Assembly (NCBI RefSeq): GCF_000142905.1
Contig: NW_013657639.1
Location: forward strand, 35,469 to 99,468
Direction of reading: 5' to 3'
Source of the DNA: Thecamonas trahens ATCC 50062
Taxonomy: Eukaryota; Protista; Apusomonadida
Length of the DNA: 64,000 nt
In this document: positions 35,006-46,567 of the stretch, one piece after another
Layout of the letters: the number at the start of each line of letters is the position of its first letter
How positions within the stretch are numbered: the first letter of the stretch is position 1
The notes under the pieces: generated by a model
Database searches by the model: none
What the model was told of the DNA's origin: nothing
The model's input: only the letters and a program-made list of their open reading frames with translations
Program-made: the position numbers and the translations under genes

Positions 35006-37039
35006 ATGCTGCGCACAAGCTTGTCTGCGGGAGCGGCACGGGTGCGTGGGTTGCTACGTCCATGGGTGGCGGGGAGGAGGAGCTCGCGGCGCGTCACGGG
35101 CTGGCGGAGCGAGCAAGGGACAGGGCTGGGGATGGGGATGGGGATGGGGCCAGGCGTGGGAGCAGGCATGGGCATGGGGGAAGCCATGACTCCCGGCGGC
35201 ATGGGTGGTGGTATGCACCAGGTCAGGAACCGGAGCAGTGGCCCGGAAGAGGCCGAGGACGGTGGCGAGGGCCATGGAAGGTGGGCCAGTGGCGAGGGAT
35301 CGAGTCCGGGCTCGGCCGGTGACACTTTGGCGGCGAATGGCAAGGTCTCGCCGCTCAGTGACGAATGTGCGGTGACTGGGAAGGTTGTGCCCGATGATCA
35401 CAACCTCTCGCCCACCATGCTCTATCGTAGGCTCATCCGCCTCACCGGACAGCTCAACTTGCAACTGAAGAGAACCGGCTCGGCGTGGTCGGTCGACAAC
35501 GAGGTTGCCCTGTTCCTGGCCAAGTTTGAAGGCCCGCCCGACGCACCACGAGCGCCCGAGCCTGATCAAGAGGCCTCGCCACGGCCTGAAAGCGCTGCAG
35601 AGGCTGCAAGCGAGGGCGTCGAGACTGAGGCCGATGCCTCTGGTCTGCGGCACGCAGGGGTGGCTGAGCGCAAGGCGGTCGAGTCGCTCTTCCAGTCGTC
35701 GCTGGCGGCGATGGGCGAGTCACGCGAGGCCGAGGCGCCGCCAGGCGAGATGGCGCGATACGAGGCGTGGGCGCCGTCCGGGACGGCGGCCGCGATTGCC
35801 GGTGAAGCCACTCAGCTGGAGGAGGTGGCGGACGCCGAGGCCGAGGCCGAGGCACTGGCGCTTGCTGAGCGGCCGCGCTGGGTGCTGCCGGCCGACGGAG
35901 CGCGCGAGGTGGCGCGCGGCATTGTGCGGTCGGGCTTTCACAATCCACCGCTCGCGTCGTACGTCTCGTCGTACGGGCTCGGCCTCGCGGTGGCTAAGTA
36001 CCTGGAAAAGCGCGTCCGCGCGCTGCGGATGCTCAAGACCAACACCTCGCTGCTGCAGGTCCGCAACGGAGTGTGTGTGGCCATGCGTTCGGCGCATACC
36101 CCGTCGAACCACCCGGGTACCTTTGTGTGCTCAGTCGAGGTCTCGGTCGATCCTGAGGCGGGCGTCGGGCCAGTCACCGTGCTCGATGAGACGATCAACT
36201 TGCGCGAGGCAAACGGGCTTCACCACCGCAAGTCAACGGTAGGCATTGCCGGCCAGCAGCCGACGCTCTGTGCCGGCGAGTCGTTCTCGTACTCGATTGT
36301 GCTGCACCTCGACGCGCCGCCTGCCGTCCTCCGCGGCTACCTGCGAGTCATGCAGACGTCTGGGCCCGACTTTAAGCTCCCGCTGGGGCCCATCGGCCTC
36401 GTCCCGCTGGCGGACGACCTGTACGACGATCTCCTGCCGCCGGCACAGTGCGAGGACACCCACTCGGAGGCGCCGACCCACTGGGTCGGCCCGCACCTCT
36501 CGGACGAAGACGTCATCCCCATCCTCCGCGCCAATCACTCGGCGGCCGAGTATGCGTACGTCACGCCCATGGCCTCCCTCCTCACGCCGGGCGCGCTCGG
36601 CTCGATGGTCTCGGATCCCGAGACCGAGCTGTGGAACGAGCTCTCAGCGATGGAGGACGACGATGACGCCCGGCAGGAGCGCCGACTCTCGCGTGCCTTT
36701 GGCTACGGCATCGGTGACGACGATGCCGACGACGACGCCGTTGACGAACCGCGGTCGACGCTCCCGCACGGCCTCGACCTCGCCTTTGATGACTACACGC
36801 CCATGGACGACGATGACGACGACGACCACGATCCGGCCGAGCTTCAGCGCCTCATCTCGGTTCTCAAGGCTGCCAACAAGGTCGACAGCCACGATGACGA
36901 TGCCCGGTCCGGCGAATCGACTCCGCGCACCGTCATATACCCCTCGCCGGTCACCGAGCGTGCCCGCCGCGCCGCTGCCGCCGCCAAGGACGGCCGCAAG
37001 CGCCGTCTGGAGCTCGTCATGCCGCCGACTTTGTATTAA
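35006..37039 (+). CDS. ApaG/DUF525-domain protein, probably mitochondrial
   Basis: VGIAGQQPTLCAGESFSYS..LDAPPAVLRGYL is the ApaG signature. Arg-rich, acid-free N-terminus MLRTSLSAGAARVRGLLR resembles a presequence. Confidence 0.7.
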   Translation: MLRTSLSAGAARVRGLLRPWVAGRRSSRRVTGWRSEQGTGLGMGMGMGPGVGAGMGMGEAMTPGGMGGGMHQVRNRSSGPEEAEDGGEGHGRWASGEGSSPGSAGDTLAANGKVSPLSDECAVTGKVVPDDHNLSPTMLYRRLIRLTGQLNLQLKRTGSAWSVDNEVALFLAKFEGPPDAPRAPEPDQEASPRPESAAEAASEGVETEADASGLRHAGVAERKAVESLFQSSLAAMGESREAEAPPGEMARYEAWAPSGTAAAIAGEATQLEEVADAEAEAEALALAERPRWVLPADGAREVARGIVRSGFHNPPLASYVSSYGLGLAVAKYLEKRVRALRMLKTNTSLLQVRNGVCVAMRSAHTPSNHPGTFVCSVEVSVDPEAGVGPVTVLDETINLREANGLHHRKSTVGIAGQQPTLCAGESFSYSIVLHLDAPPAVLRGYLRVMQTSGPDFKLPLGPIGLVPLADDLYDDLLPPAQCEDTHSEAPTHWVGPHLSDEDVIPILRANHSAAEYAYVTPMASLLTPGALGSMVSDPETELWNELSAMEDDDDARQERRLSRAFGYGIGDDDADDDAVDEPRSTLPHGLDLAFDDYTPMDDDDDDDHDPAELQRLISVLKAANKVDSHDDDARSGESTPRTVIYPSPVTERARRAAAAAKDGRKRRLELVMPPTLY

Positions 37040-37474
37040 TCTCATAACCTTAACGCACCGAGCACTGGGCACCTTGTCGGGTGCCACACTGCGGACTCGA
37101 CGCGATGCAGACACATGCTGACCGTTCGCTGCGCGATGCGCGGCGCGGCGCGGTGCGGCGCGGCGCGGCACCGAAGATGCGGCTTTGAAGCGTGCGCAGC
37201 GCTTGCAGGTCACAACGCGCGAGACATAGACGCCGACCTGGGGGGCATGGGCAGGCGCGGGCGTCGTTGCACGGCTCGTCGATCGACGATGAGCGGCGCG
37301 AGCTCAGCTGGGTGAGCGTGCGGAGGAGGGAAAGCCAGAGAGATTGTGTTTACGAAAGTGAACCGTGTGCGTTCAAGGAATAGCCCTGATGGCCGGCTGC
37401 AGGAAGGAGCAAGGGGGGGGAGGAGGGCCAGCCGATGGCTGGCACAGCTCACTCGACAGCTATTGATCCACACC

Positions 37475-38371
37475 ATGTCGAGCACCACAGCGAGCAGGAG
37501 CCAGTACGGACGCATGCGAAATGGTATAGGGATGAGAAGAGGAGGGGTTAGGGTACATACACTCACGTGCTTGGGTACAGACTTTCGTCCATCTGCGTTT
37601 ACTGTGGCTCGTCTCCGGGCAAGTCGCCGGTCTTCATGGCCGCTGCCGCTGAGCTCGGCCGCGTCCTCGCCGGGCGCAACATCGGTCTGGTCTATGGCGG
37701 CGGATCGGTGGTACGGAAGGGGGTTGGGGGTTGGGATGGGGGTTGGGGGGGGGGGGCATGATGACCGATGGCGGCAACTCGGACTGGCCAGATTTCGTGA
37801 GGCGGTCTGCTTGCGATGAGCTTGGGCTTGCCTTGCCGATGACCCCTGATGTGCGACTCACTCGAGCTGACTGGCTGGCTGGCCGGCGTTGCAGGGACTG
37901 ATGGGCGAGCTGGCCAAGACCATCGACTCGGAGGGCGGCAAGGTGGTTGGCGTCATTCCGCGGGCGCTGGCTCCGCGTGAGGTCTCGGGCGCCACGATCG
38001 GCGAGTCGATCGTGGTCGACACCATGCACGAGCGGAAGACAACCATGGCGGCACGTGCAGACGGGTTCATCGCCCTGCCCGGCGGCTTTGGCACCCTCGA
38101 GGAGCTGCTGGAGATCTCAACCTGGGTCCAGCTCGGCATCCAGAAGAAGCCCATCGGCGTCCTCAACATTCCGCTCGACGACGGCTCGGGCGAGGGCTAC
38201 TACGACCCACTCAAGGCCATGATCGATCGGGCCATCACCCACGGCTTTATCTCGGAGGACTTTGCAGAGCTGGTCATCTTCCGCTCCGACCCCGCAGAGC
38301 TCGTCGACGCACTGCAGGCCCACGCCGTGCCCGACGGCCTCGACCTCAACTGGAGCCTCGCCGAGTCGTAG
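37475..38371 (+). CDS. LOG: LOG-family nucleotide phosphoribohydrolase (lysine-decarboxylase-like); 3 exons: 37475-37503, 37581-37710, 37895-38371 (211 aa)
   Basis: Spliced protein has ICVYCGSS, LVYGGGSVGLMG, MHERK and ALPGGFGTLEEL. Both introns are GTACGG..CAG with matching phases. Confidence 0.93.
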
Positions 38372-38376
38372 AGGGC

Positions 38377-40955
38377 TCAGTAAAACCGCGTCTGGCCATC
38401 GTCCAGGACTCGATCGACAACCGCTCGGCCGACCCCGCGCCGCACACGCTGCAGCTCCTTGGCCTCGCGCGAGCCTTTGAACGGCGACTCTGTCTGCATC
38501 ATTGCCGTCAGGTGGTGCCGATCGTGGAGCTTGCGGAGGTTGCGCGAGACACGCATGTACGCCTCCTTGGTCATCGAGTCGGCCACGGCCTCCAGCAGCG
38601 CCTCGTACACCGGGCCGCCCGAGACCTCGCATAGCCGCGCGTAGTGTGCATCGGCCGCCGCCGACGAGCCCATCTGCTGAGCCACCACCGCAGACCAGAA
38701 CGAAGCCTTTGCGTGTCGCGGAGCCTTGCTCAGGATGGTGCCGAATGCCTGTAGCGCCTCCTCGAACTTGCCGTCCATGTACGCGTCCTGCCCGCTCGCC
38801 AGCCCAATGCCAATCGTCACGCCCTCTACCAGCCGCGCCCACTCTTCGAGCTCGGTCTTGAGCGCCCGCTTCGCCAGCCGCTCCAGCGCCGCAGCCGCTC
38901 GCGCCGCCACAAACGCCCACTCGCCGGTCTGGGCCACGACGAGGACCGAGTCTGTGCCACTCAGCTTCCGCGCGTGTGCCACTATTACCTCCACCGCTTC
39001 TGTCTCGGGATGCAGCGGCAGCTCTGCATCAACGACGTCGCCGTGGACCCGTGCCAGCCACACCGTCTCCAGCACGTCGAGGAGCGCGATGACGGGCTCG
39101 GGCTCAAACGGTGCTGCTGCGTGCGCCTGTGCCGCCGCTACGTGCGCCTCCACGGTGGCATCAATGCTCAGAGCGGTCTGCGAGAGAGGACGAGGATGCC
39201 CACGTCGTCGCCGCCGATCTCCAGTCCGCGCCGCAGGTGGCCGAGTGCGGCCTGCGGCTTGCCGGCAGTACGTGCAGCGTGCGCCGCCGCCACCTCGCGT
39301 CCCACATGCGCCGCCACCACCCGTTCACGGAGCAGCTCCAGATCAGCGCTCCCAACTACAGTCTCGACCTCCAGCGCACCATCGACCACCGCTAGAGCGG
39401 ATTCGGCGTTCACCGTCGGGGCAACCAACGCAGGCTCGTCGTCAAGCACAAACCGCGCCAGCGATCCCGCATGCGGCGTCATTCGCCGATTCAGAACCTC
39501 GCGTCGCAGTAGGGCGACGACACGCGGCGCTGCGTCGGCCGCCGAAGATGCCCGCAGATTCACCAGCAGCTCGTTGACAACCTTTCCGTCGGTGCCCCGA
39601 GCGAGCTTGTCTGCGTATTCGAGTCGCTCGCGCCCAGCCTCCACATCACCCATCTCGGTGTACGCAGTGCCCAGCAGCCGATACAGGCCGGCAGATCGTG
39701 GATACGCCGCCGCCAACCGACCTAGTGGCGCCAAAGCATCGGCAGGAGCATGCGCAGCCAGCGCGCCAAGCGCCTCAGATGCCTCGATCTCCTCCTCGGC
39801 GCTCAGCCCGTCGTCGCCAAGGCCCTCGGCCTCGATGAGCGCATGGATGCTCCGCGCCTTGTCCAGCGCGTCGGCTTCCGCCTCGGCATTGGCCGCTGCG
39901 GCCGCCACGGCTGCATCGCCGGCCGCCACGGCTGCCTCTTCGACCGCACGTGCTGCTGCCGCCTCAGCTGACGGCCCCGCGCTCCTCGCCGACTGCTGCG
40001 GTGAGTGCCGCGACGCAGACTCGCTGCCGGCATCAGACGAGCAATCGTCGTGAGCCTGTTTTTCCTGCATGTCGATGTGCATGAGCGAGACCTGATACTT
40101 GCTGGCCTCGTCCGGATAGAGCTCGACCGCAACCTCGATGAGCGCGCGAGCATCTGTAAACCGCCCCATCTCCACATACGCCCACAGCGCCCGCTTGATG
40201 CCTTTGAGCGGCGAGAACTTGTACTGCATCGCTGCACGCAGCAGCGCCTCCGCCAGCGGCGGCACGGCCTCGGGCGATGCCTTGGACTTGGCGTGGACTG
40301 CTAGCGCGAGCAGGTACGGCGCCGGGTGCGACGGATCGCAGCGTATGCTCGCCTCTAAGCCCTCGAGCACCACGCGCTCGTCCTCTCCGGCCATCCAGTT
40401 GAAGACGGCCAAGACAAAGGTGGCTTCAAACTCGCGGTCTGGCGCGAGGTAGTCGACCAGCGCATCGTACGCTTGCTGCGCGACGGCCACATCGCCCTGA
40501 GCGTAGGCCCGGCGACCCGCCATCCGCAGCTCTCGTGTGCGCGCATCCTCATCCATCACAGCATCCCGGAACTGGATCTGGACCTCGCCCATGGCTGTCT
40601 CCCGCACCGCAATGCCGTGCGATCCGCCCGGCAGCGACTTGACCGATCGCTCCGACGGCGTGGGTGCCAGCCACCTCGACTCATCCTCGTCGCCATCGCC
40701 GTCGCCGTCATCGCCAGCGTCTCCGCTGCTGCCACTTCTGCCAGCCCTCTCCTCTGACTGCCGCATTCCGTCATCCGCCGCCCCGGCTGACGAGCACAGC
40801 TCATCGTCGTCGTCTCCCGCCAGACTGCCTCGCCCCTCACCTGAGTCGCCGCCTCCACCTCGGCCTCGGCCTCTGACTCCTTCCTCGCTCGACCTGGCCG
40901 AGCGGGGCGTGGGAGGAAGTGGGCCCGGTGGTGGCTTGGAAGACCCGCATCCCAT
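38377..40955 (-). CDS. N-myristoylated/palmitoylated TPR-repeat protein; apparent -1 frameshift at ~39185
   Basis: Starts MGCGSSK. TPR-like helices (LLGTAYTEMGDVEAGRERLEYA; GQDAYMDGKFEEALQAFGTIL). ORFs 39168..41198 and 38377..39153 join by -1 (ILVL/SQTALSIDATVEAH). Confidence 0.7.
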
Positions 40956-41244
40956 GTGTCGGTGGCCGGTGGGGGTGAGGTGGGTGGGGGTAGATAGGAG
41001 GGGGGGGGGGGGGGAACTGTGGAAGTCGAGGTGAAGTCGCAGCGGGTGGAGCCATACACACACGCAACAGCACTCGCTTGCACACACACACACACACTCG
41101 CACACACACTCGTACACACACAGACACACACACACGTCTTCAGTCCTCACTATCCCATCGCACACGATGATACGACACACCACACTGTTATCAGGCAAAC
41201 CATGGTCGTGGCAAGCGGGATCATCATCAGCAGCATCACCATCA

Positions 41245-44200
41245 TCATGTCCAGTCGCGAGTTGGGACGTGATGGCGAGGCTGCGGCGTGACGTGGGCTT
41301 GAGTGACGTGCACGGAGCGCTGGCGGCTCATGTGGAGCTGGAGCTGGGAGAGCTGCTCCTCGGCCATGGTGGCGCGGGCGAGGAGGCGCGAGCGCTCGGT
41401 CTCGAGGCGCGACTGCGTCTTGAGGATAAAGTCCTTGAGAGCACGGCGGAGCTCTTCAAAGTCTCCACCGGTAGACTGCTGGATGACGGTCATGTGCTCG
41501 GTGGCGCGGGCCGAGGCGAGCCGCGCGGCGGAGCGGAGCTCCTCGACCTCGCGGCGAAGAGCGACAAGCTCCTCCTTCTCCGACGCGGTCACTGTGGTTT
41601 GCAGCGACTCAATTTGGGAGCGTAGCGCGTCGTGGACGTCTTCAAGGGCCAGGCCCGAGCCACCCGAGGCCTCGACGGTCGACTTGAAGATGCGGAGCGC
41701 CTCAAGCTCGTTAGCAACGGCAGCGTTGCGGGCCTGCAGCTCGAGCACGGTCTGCTGGTGCTTCTCGAGCGCGCTGAGGTTCGACTCGGCCTGGCGAGCA
41801 AGCGCGTCCTCGGCGTTGGCGGCCTTGGCCTCGGCGGCGGCGAGCGCGATCTCCAGATCACGCTCGACTTCAGTCTTAAGGTCGGTTGCGCCAACCGAGT
41901 CCTCGAGCTCCGTGATTGACGGCGCTGCGACGGCCTTGACACCCTCATCTTCGAGCTGGCCACGGAGCTTGGCGTACGCCGAGAGGACAAGTGACTGGCG
42001 GGCAACAAGCTCGCGGTTGCGCGAGCGAAGGCGATCGACGGCGGCCCTGAGCTCGGCCTCTTTCTCGGCGTACGACTCAGTGAGCTCGCGGACGAGCGCG
42101 TCGAGGTTTTGCTGGGCGTGGAGATTGGCGTTGGCGAGGGCGGCGGCGCGATCCGAGTTGACGTCGTCGCCCGAGTCAGAGTCCGAGTCGCGCGAGCGCG
42201 AGCGGCGGTGGCGAGACTTGCGGTCGTGGCGCGACTTGTGCGAGCGTGACTTGTGCGAGCGGTGCGAGGTCTTCGCCGCCGCAAGATCATCGGCCTTTCC
42301 CATGGTCCGCGAGAGGCTGGAAATTTCCGACATGTACGCGCGGAGCTTGTTGCGGTACTTGTCCTGGGCCTTGGCAAGCTCGGCCTCCTTTGCGTTGAGC
42401 TCGTACTCGACCTTTTTGGTCTCGTGCTTGGCGCGCGCGAGCTGCTCCTCGGCGTCGCGGGCGGCACGATTGGCGCGGTTGAGGTCACGGTTGAGCAAAT
42501 GGTTCTGCTCCTCCAGCCGGGCCACGTCTGCGGCATGCTTCTTCTTGGACGCCTCGAACTGGCGCTTGAGCGAGGCCACGTCGTCAGCCTTGGACTTTTC
42601 CACCTCGACCATCTTGCGCTGGACGCCGACCTTTTGCGACTCGAGATCGAGAACCTCTTGCTCGAGCGCAACCTGCTGCTTGAGGAGCTCGGCCTTGAGG
42701 ACGGCCGACTGCTCGCGGAGGTCGCGGACCTCGGCCTCGATCCGGTTGCGCTCGTCTTTTTGCGCCTGGAGCATGGCGTCAGCGTCGCCCTGCATGTTGA
42801 GGAGCTCGGCGACTCGCTTCTCGAGGCTCGTCTTGTCCGACTCGAGCGATCTCTTGGCATTGACCAGGTTGAGCAGCTCGAGGCCGAGCTCCTGGTTCTT
42901 GGCGGTCTCGGCGGCGTGGGCTGCCTTGGCGTTCATAAAGTTGGTCTTGAGCGCCACGTACTCGACCTGCAGCTCGCGAGCCTCGTCGCCGGCCGACTCG
43001 AGCGCGTCGCGCATGTCCGCGATGAGCTGCTCCTGTGTCTGGTGGCGCATCTCGGCCTCCATGAGGTCGTTCTCGAGCGAAAGCACCTTGTTGACCAGCT
43101 CAAAGTTCTTGGTCTCACCGTCCTCCTCCAGTGAGTTGTTCTCGATCTGCAAGTCGATGAGCGCTTTGGCCACACGCAGCCGCTCCTCCTCGGACGAAAT
43201 GAGCTCGGCCTGGATCGAGGCCTTGGACTCAACGAGTTTCTCGTACTGGCCCTTAAGTTCAGTGAGCTTGGTCAGGATCTTGTCCTTGTCCTCACGCAGC
43301 TTGATCTTCTCGAGATTGTCCTTGATGATTCGGCCTTCCAGCTGATGGATCTTCATAAGGTGCTTCTCGGTCACCGAGCCCGAGTCGCCGTCGCCGCCGC
43401 TACTGGGCATGGCGCCGGGCGCGCCACCGCCACCGCTCACGCCGTCGCGCGCACGCAGGTACTCAAGCCGCGCCCGCCGGAGGAGGGTACGGACGCGGGC
43501 GTCGTTAACAACCGGATAGTTTTCAACCGATGAGAGCGTGTCGGCCCACGAAAGCGTCGTCGCCGCCCGGGTGTAGTCTGTCGTCGCCAGAGTGGCGATA
43601 ACAAGCGTGAGGCAGTTGCCGCCGAGCACGTCGTACATCAGCTGCGTCGCCTTGGACTCGGAGTAGTTGGCAAAGTCGCGGGTGCCCTCATCAGCAAGCG
43701 AGGTGGCGAGCCGCGCAAACGAGAGCAGCGCCCGGTTGAGCGTCGGGCCCTCGCGGACACGCAGCGCTGCAGGATCCTCACTCAGCTTCTCGGCCGCCGG
43801 AAGCTCGACCACGTGGAACGTTGACAGCAGTTCCACCGCCTCGCCATCAAGAACTAGGCTTTGAGTCAGCTCGATGGTGAAGATGCCTGTGGCGCGGAGC
43901 GCTGCCGGCCCCACATCGGTCTCCATGTTGACTCGTGACGCCCGACCCTCATCGTAGAGGTCTGCCAGGTCATCAGGCCCATCCACCCACCTCCCAGAGA
44001 GGCCCGACACGTGCCAACCACGCTCCTCGGACAGCGCAATCTCCAGCGACGCGTTGCCCGGGTCAAGCAGATCGTTGACCTCTTCGTTGTACACCTCGAG
44101 ATACCGCCCGCGGACCCGGTACCGGTACGGCCGCGCTGATGCGCTCTTCTTCGAGCCTTTGTTCACCTTGCGCTCCTTCTCGCGGAGCAAGTCAAAGGCG

Positions 44201-45239
44201 GCGTCGATGACCAGCGCCACGGCACCCTTCTCCGACCCATCACGCGGGCCGGCAAGGGTGTGCGAGCGGCCCGATCCCGACGCGCCGAGCGCCAGGATGG
44301 CCACGTTGACGCCCTCAACAAAGTTGGCCACTGTCGGATAAAGCGATCGCTCAAACACGTCACGCGTCGTCGCATCCGGGCCGTAGACATAGTCCAATGT
44401 GTGCTGCGAGCTGAGAGTGAAGCACCGTTGAACAGGAAAGGGAAGGGTGAGTGACGCCGACCGGCAGAGAAGATGGGGAGCAAAAGGGGAAGGGGAAGGA
44501 GAAGAGTAAGGCGGGAGGGGAGGGGGGAGGGGAGGGGAGGGGAGGGGGGAGGGGAGGGGAGGGGGAGAACGAGGAGGAAGGGCGGACAATGGGCGAGGTC
44601 CAGAAGAAGGCCGTGCCGATCAGGCCTGGTAGCGGTGATCGGGGGCGAATGATCAAGCCGGCAACGGGGAGAAGGGCGGGGGGCCGAGGAATTAANNNNN
44701 NNNNNNNNNNNNNNNNNNNNNNNNNNNNNNNNNNNNNNNNNNNNNNNNNNNNNNNNNNNNNNNNNNNNNNNNNNNNNNNNNNNNNNNNNNNNNNNNNNNN
44801 NNNNNNNNNNNNNNNNNNNNNNNNNNNNNNNNNNNNNNNNNNNNNNNNNNNNNNNNNNNNNNNNNNNNNNNNNNNNNNNNNNNNNNNNNNNNNNNNNNNN
44901 NNNNNNNNNNNNNNNNNNNNNNNNNNNNNNNNNNNNNNNNNNNNNNNNNNNNNNNNNNNNNNNNNNNNNNNNNNNNNNNNNNNNNNNNNNNNNNNNNNNN
45001 NNNNNNNNNNNNNNNNNNNNNNNNNNNNNNNNNNNNNNNNNNNNNNNNNNNNNNNNNNNNNNNNNNNNNNNNNNNNNNNNNNNNNNNNTTGGTGTATTCA
45101 ACGAGGGGCGGGAGTCATGCTCGAGGGTCACCTTGTTGTTGTTAATGAGCACACCAAAGGTGGTATTGAGCTCGCCCGGGGGTGTCGGCTGGATGCGGGC
45201 TACCACATTGAGTGGCACGCCGCGGTGGGTCGACGACAT
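41245..45239 (-). CDS. Kinesin-like protein with degenerate motor fused to a CCDC78/DUF4472-like coiled coil; 5' part spans a gap and an intron
   Basis: NVVARIQP (45239 exon), main exon from 44403 with HTLDYVYGP, YLEVYNEEVNDLL, LNRALLSF, SKATQLMYDVLGGNC. Tail SEEERLRVAKALIDLQIENN..FELVNKVLSLEN and ERSRLLARATMAEEQLSQLQ matches CCDC78. Confidence 0.82.
44696..45088. other. Assembly gap (393 N)
   Basis: N run. Confidence 0.98.
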
Positions 45240-45307
45240 GGGCCCAAGAGAGGTTGCTTTCGTTTCAGACGTTCGGTCGTTTGGTTGTTCGCCTGGGCCG
45301 AACGGCG

Positions 45308-46567
45308 TCACGAGATGCAGCAGGCCTTGCGATGGCGAGGGCTGCGGTTTGGCGGCGAACGATCGAGATGGCAGCAGGCAGCGCGGAGGAGATCAACGGT
45401 CTCGGTGTGGCCGCCTTCAATGGCCGAGGCGAGTGCTTCGTTGGAGTCGGCGGTGGGGTCGACGGCTGGGTGGGCGAGGAGTGAACGGACGACGTCGGCG
45501 CAGCCATAGCGGGCGGCCCAGCGAATGGGATAGTTAGAGTCGACGGCCGGATCGACTGCAGGATGAGCGAGGAGCAAGTCGACGACTGCGGCAAAGCCAC
45601 GCCCAGCCGCCTGGCGGATCGGCTCGTTGTTGCGCGCCGAAGGATCGACTCGGGCATCGGCCAGCAGCGCCTGGACGACTTGCGGATGATCGTTGCTCGC
45701 CGCCCAGCAGATGGCGCGCTGGTTGTTGTCACCCGGTTCAACGCTGGGATGAGCAAGGAGGAGTGCCACCACGTCGGCGTGCCCGTTGGCGGAGCTCATA
45801 GCAATGGCATCGTTGCCGCACGCGCCAGCATCGACAGCCCCGGTGGCGAGCAGCGCAGCCACGACTGCGGTCGATCCACCAGCGGAGGCCTTGCGAAGCG
45901 CCTCGCTCTCGGCGGCGGCTGGATCAATGTCAGGATGGCCAAGAAGAGCGGCGACCACATCGGCATGGCCAGCGCGACATGCAGCCCGGAGAGCAAGGCT
46001 GTTGTCGGTGGCGACGGCGACGCCGTCGTTCATCAGCACCGCAACTAGACGAGCGAGACCCTCGCACGCGCCCATCAAGAGCATGGTTGTCTTCTCCTCC
46101 TCACTTGCAAGCTCCACCAGCTCAATCGCGAGCTCCTCCAGACCTAATGCAGCGGATACGGAGGCGATGCCAGCCAGTCGAGGCGAGCCGATCCACGCCA
46201 GACCGCCGACTCGCTCGCCGGTTTGTACCTCCACCACAGCAGGCAGCGAGGCAAGGACGTCGACAAGACGGCGCCAAGACGGATTGATACACTCTGCCGC
46301 CGACGCTACCTGGACCAAGTCTGCAAGCGTGAGCGCGGCGACAACGCGAGCATCCAGCGCCCGTGCCGCCGCCGCCCACAGGCCACGTGTGCAGCATGCG
46401 GCAAAGCCCAACAGAGCCTGGGCCCGCAACTTGCCGTACTCGCTGCCAAGGAGCGCAGCGTGGACGTACTGGCACGACAGTGAGAGCGCAAGAACGTCGC
46501 GGGCGTCCAGGGCCGTGCACTCGAACACAATGAGGTGAAGGAGCTCGGGGGCGAGCGCGTCAAGCAT
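45308..46567 (-). CDS. F-box-like + ankyrin-repeat protein with C-terminal CaaX
   Basis: MLDALAPELLHLIV..DVLALSLSC is F-box-like. About 8 ankyrin repeats of the VDPxxDxNxAIRWAAxxG type. Ends RHRKACCIS*. Confidence 0.8.
   Translation of the reverse strand: MLDALAPELLHLIVFECTALDARDVLALSLSCQYVHAALLGSEYGKLRAQALLGFAACCTRGLWAAAARALDARVVAALTLADLVQVASAAECINPSWRRLVDVLASLPAVVEVQTGERVGGLAWIGSPRLAGIASVSAALGLEELAIELVELASEEEKTTMLLMGACEGLARLVAVLMNDGVAVATDNSLALRAACRAGHADVVAALLGHPDIDPAAAESEALRKASAGGSTAVVAALLATGAVDAGACGNDAIAMSSANGHADVVALLLAHPSVEPGDNNQRAICWAASNDHPQVVQALLADARVDPSARNNEPIRQAAGRGFAAVVDLLLAHPAVDPAVDSNYPIRWAARYGCADVVRSLLAHPAVDPTADSNEALASAIEGGHTETVDLLRAACCHLDRSPPNRSPRHRKACCIS

Noticed and set aside
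41303-43345. Long antisense and alternative-frame ORFs (e.g. 41303..43345, 2283..3839, 51207..52922, 5662..6981)
   Set aside because: Shadow ORFs expected from high GC3 codon bias; Ser/Arg/Ala-rich with no domain motifs.
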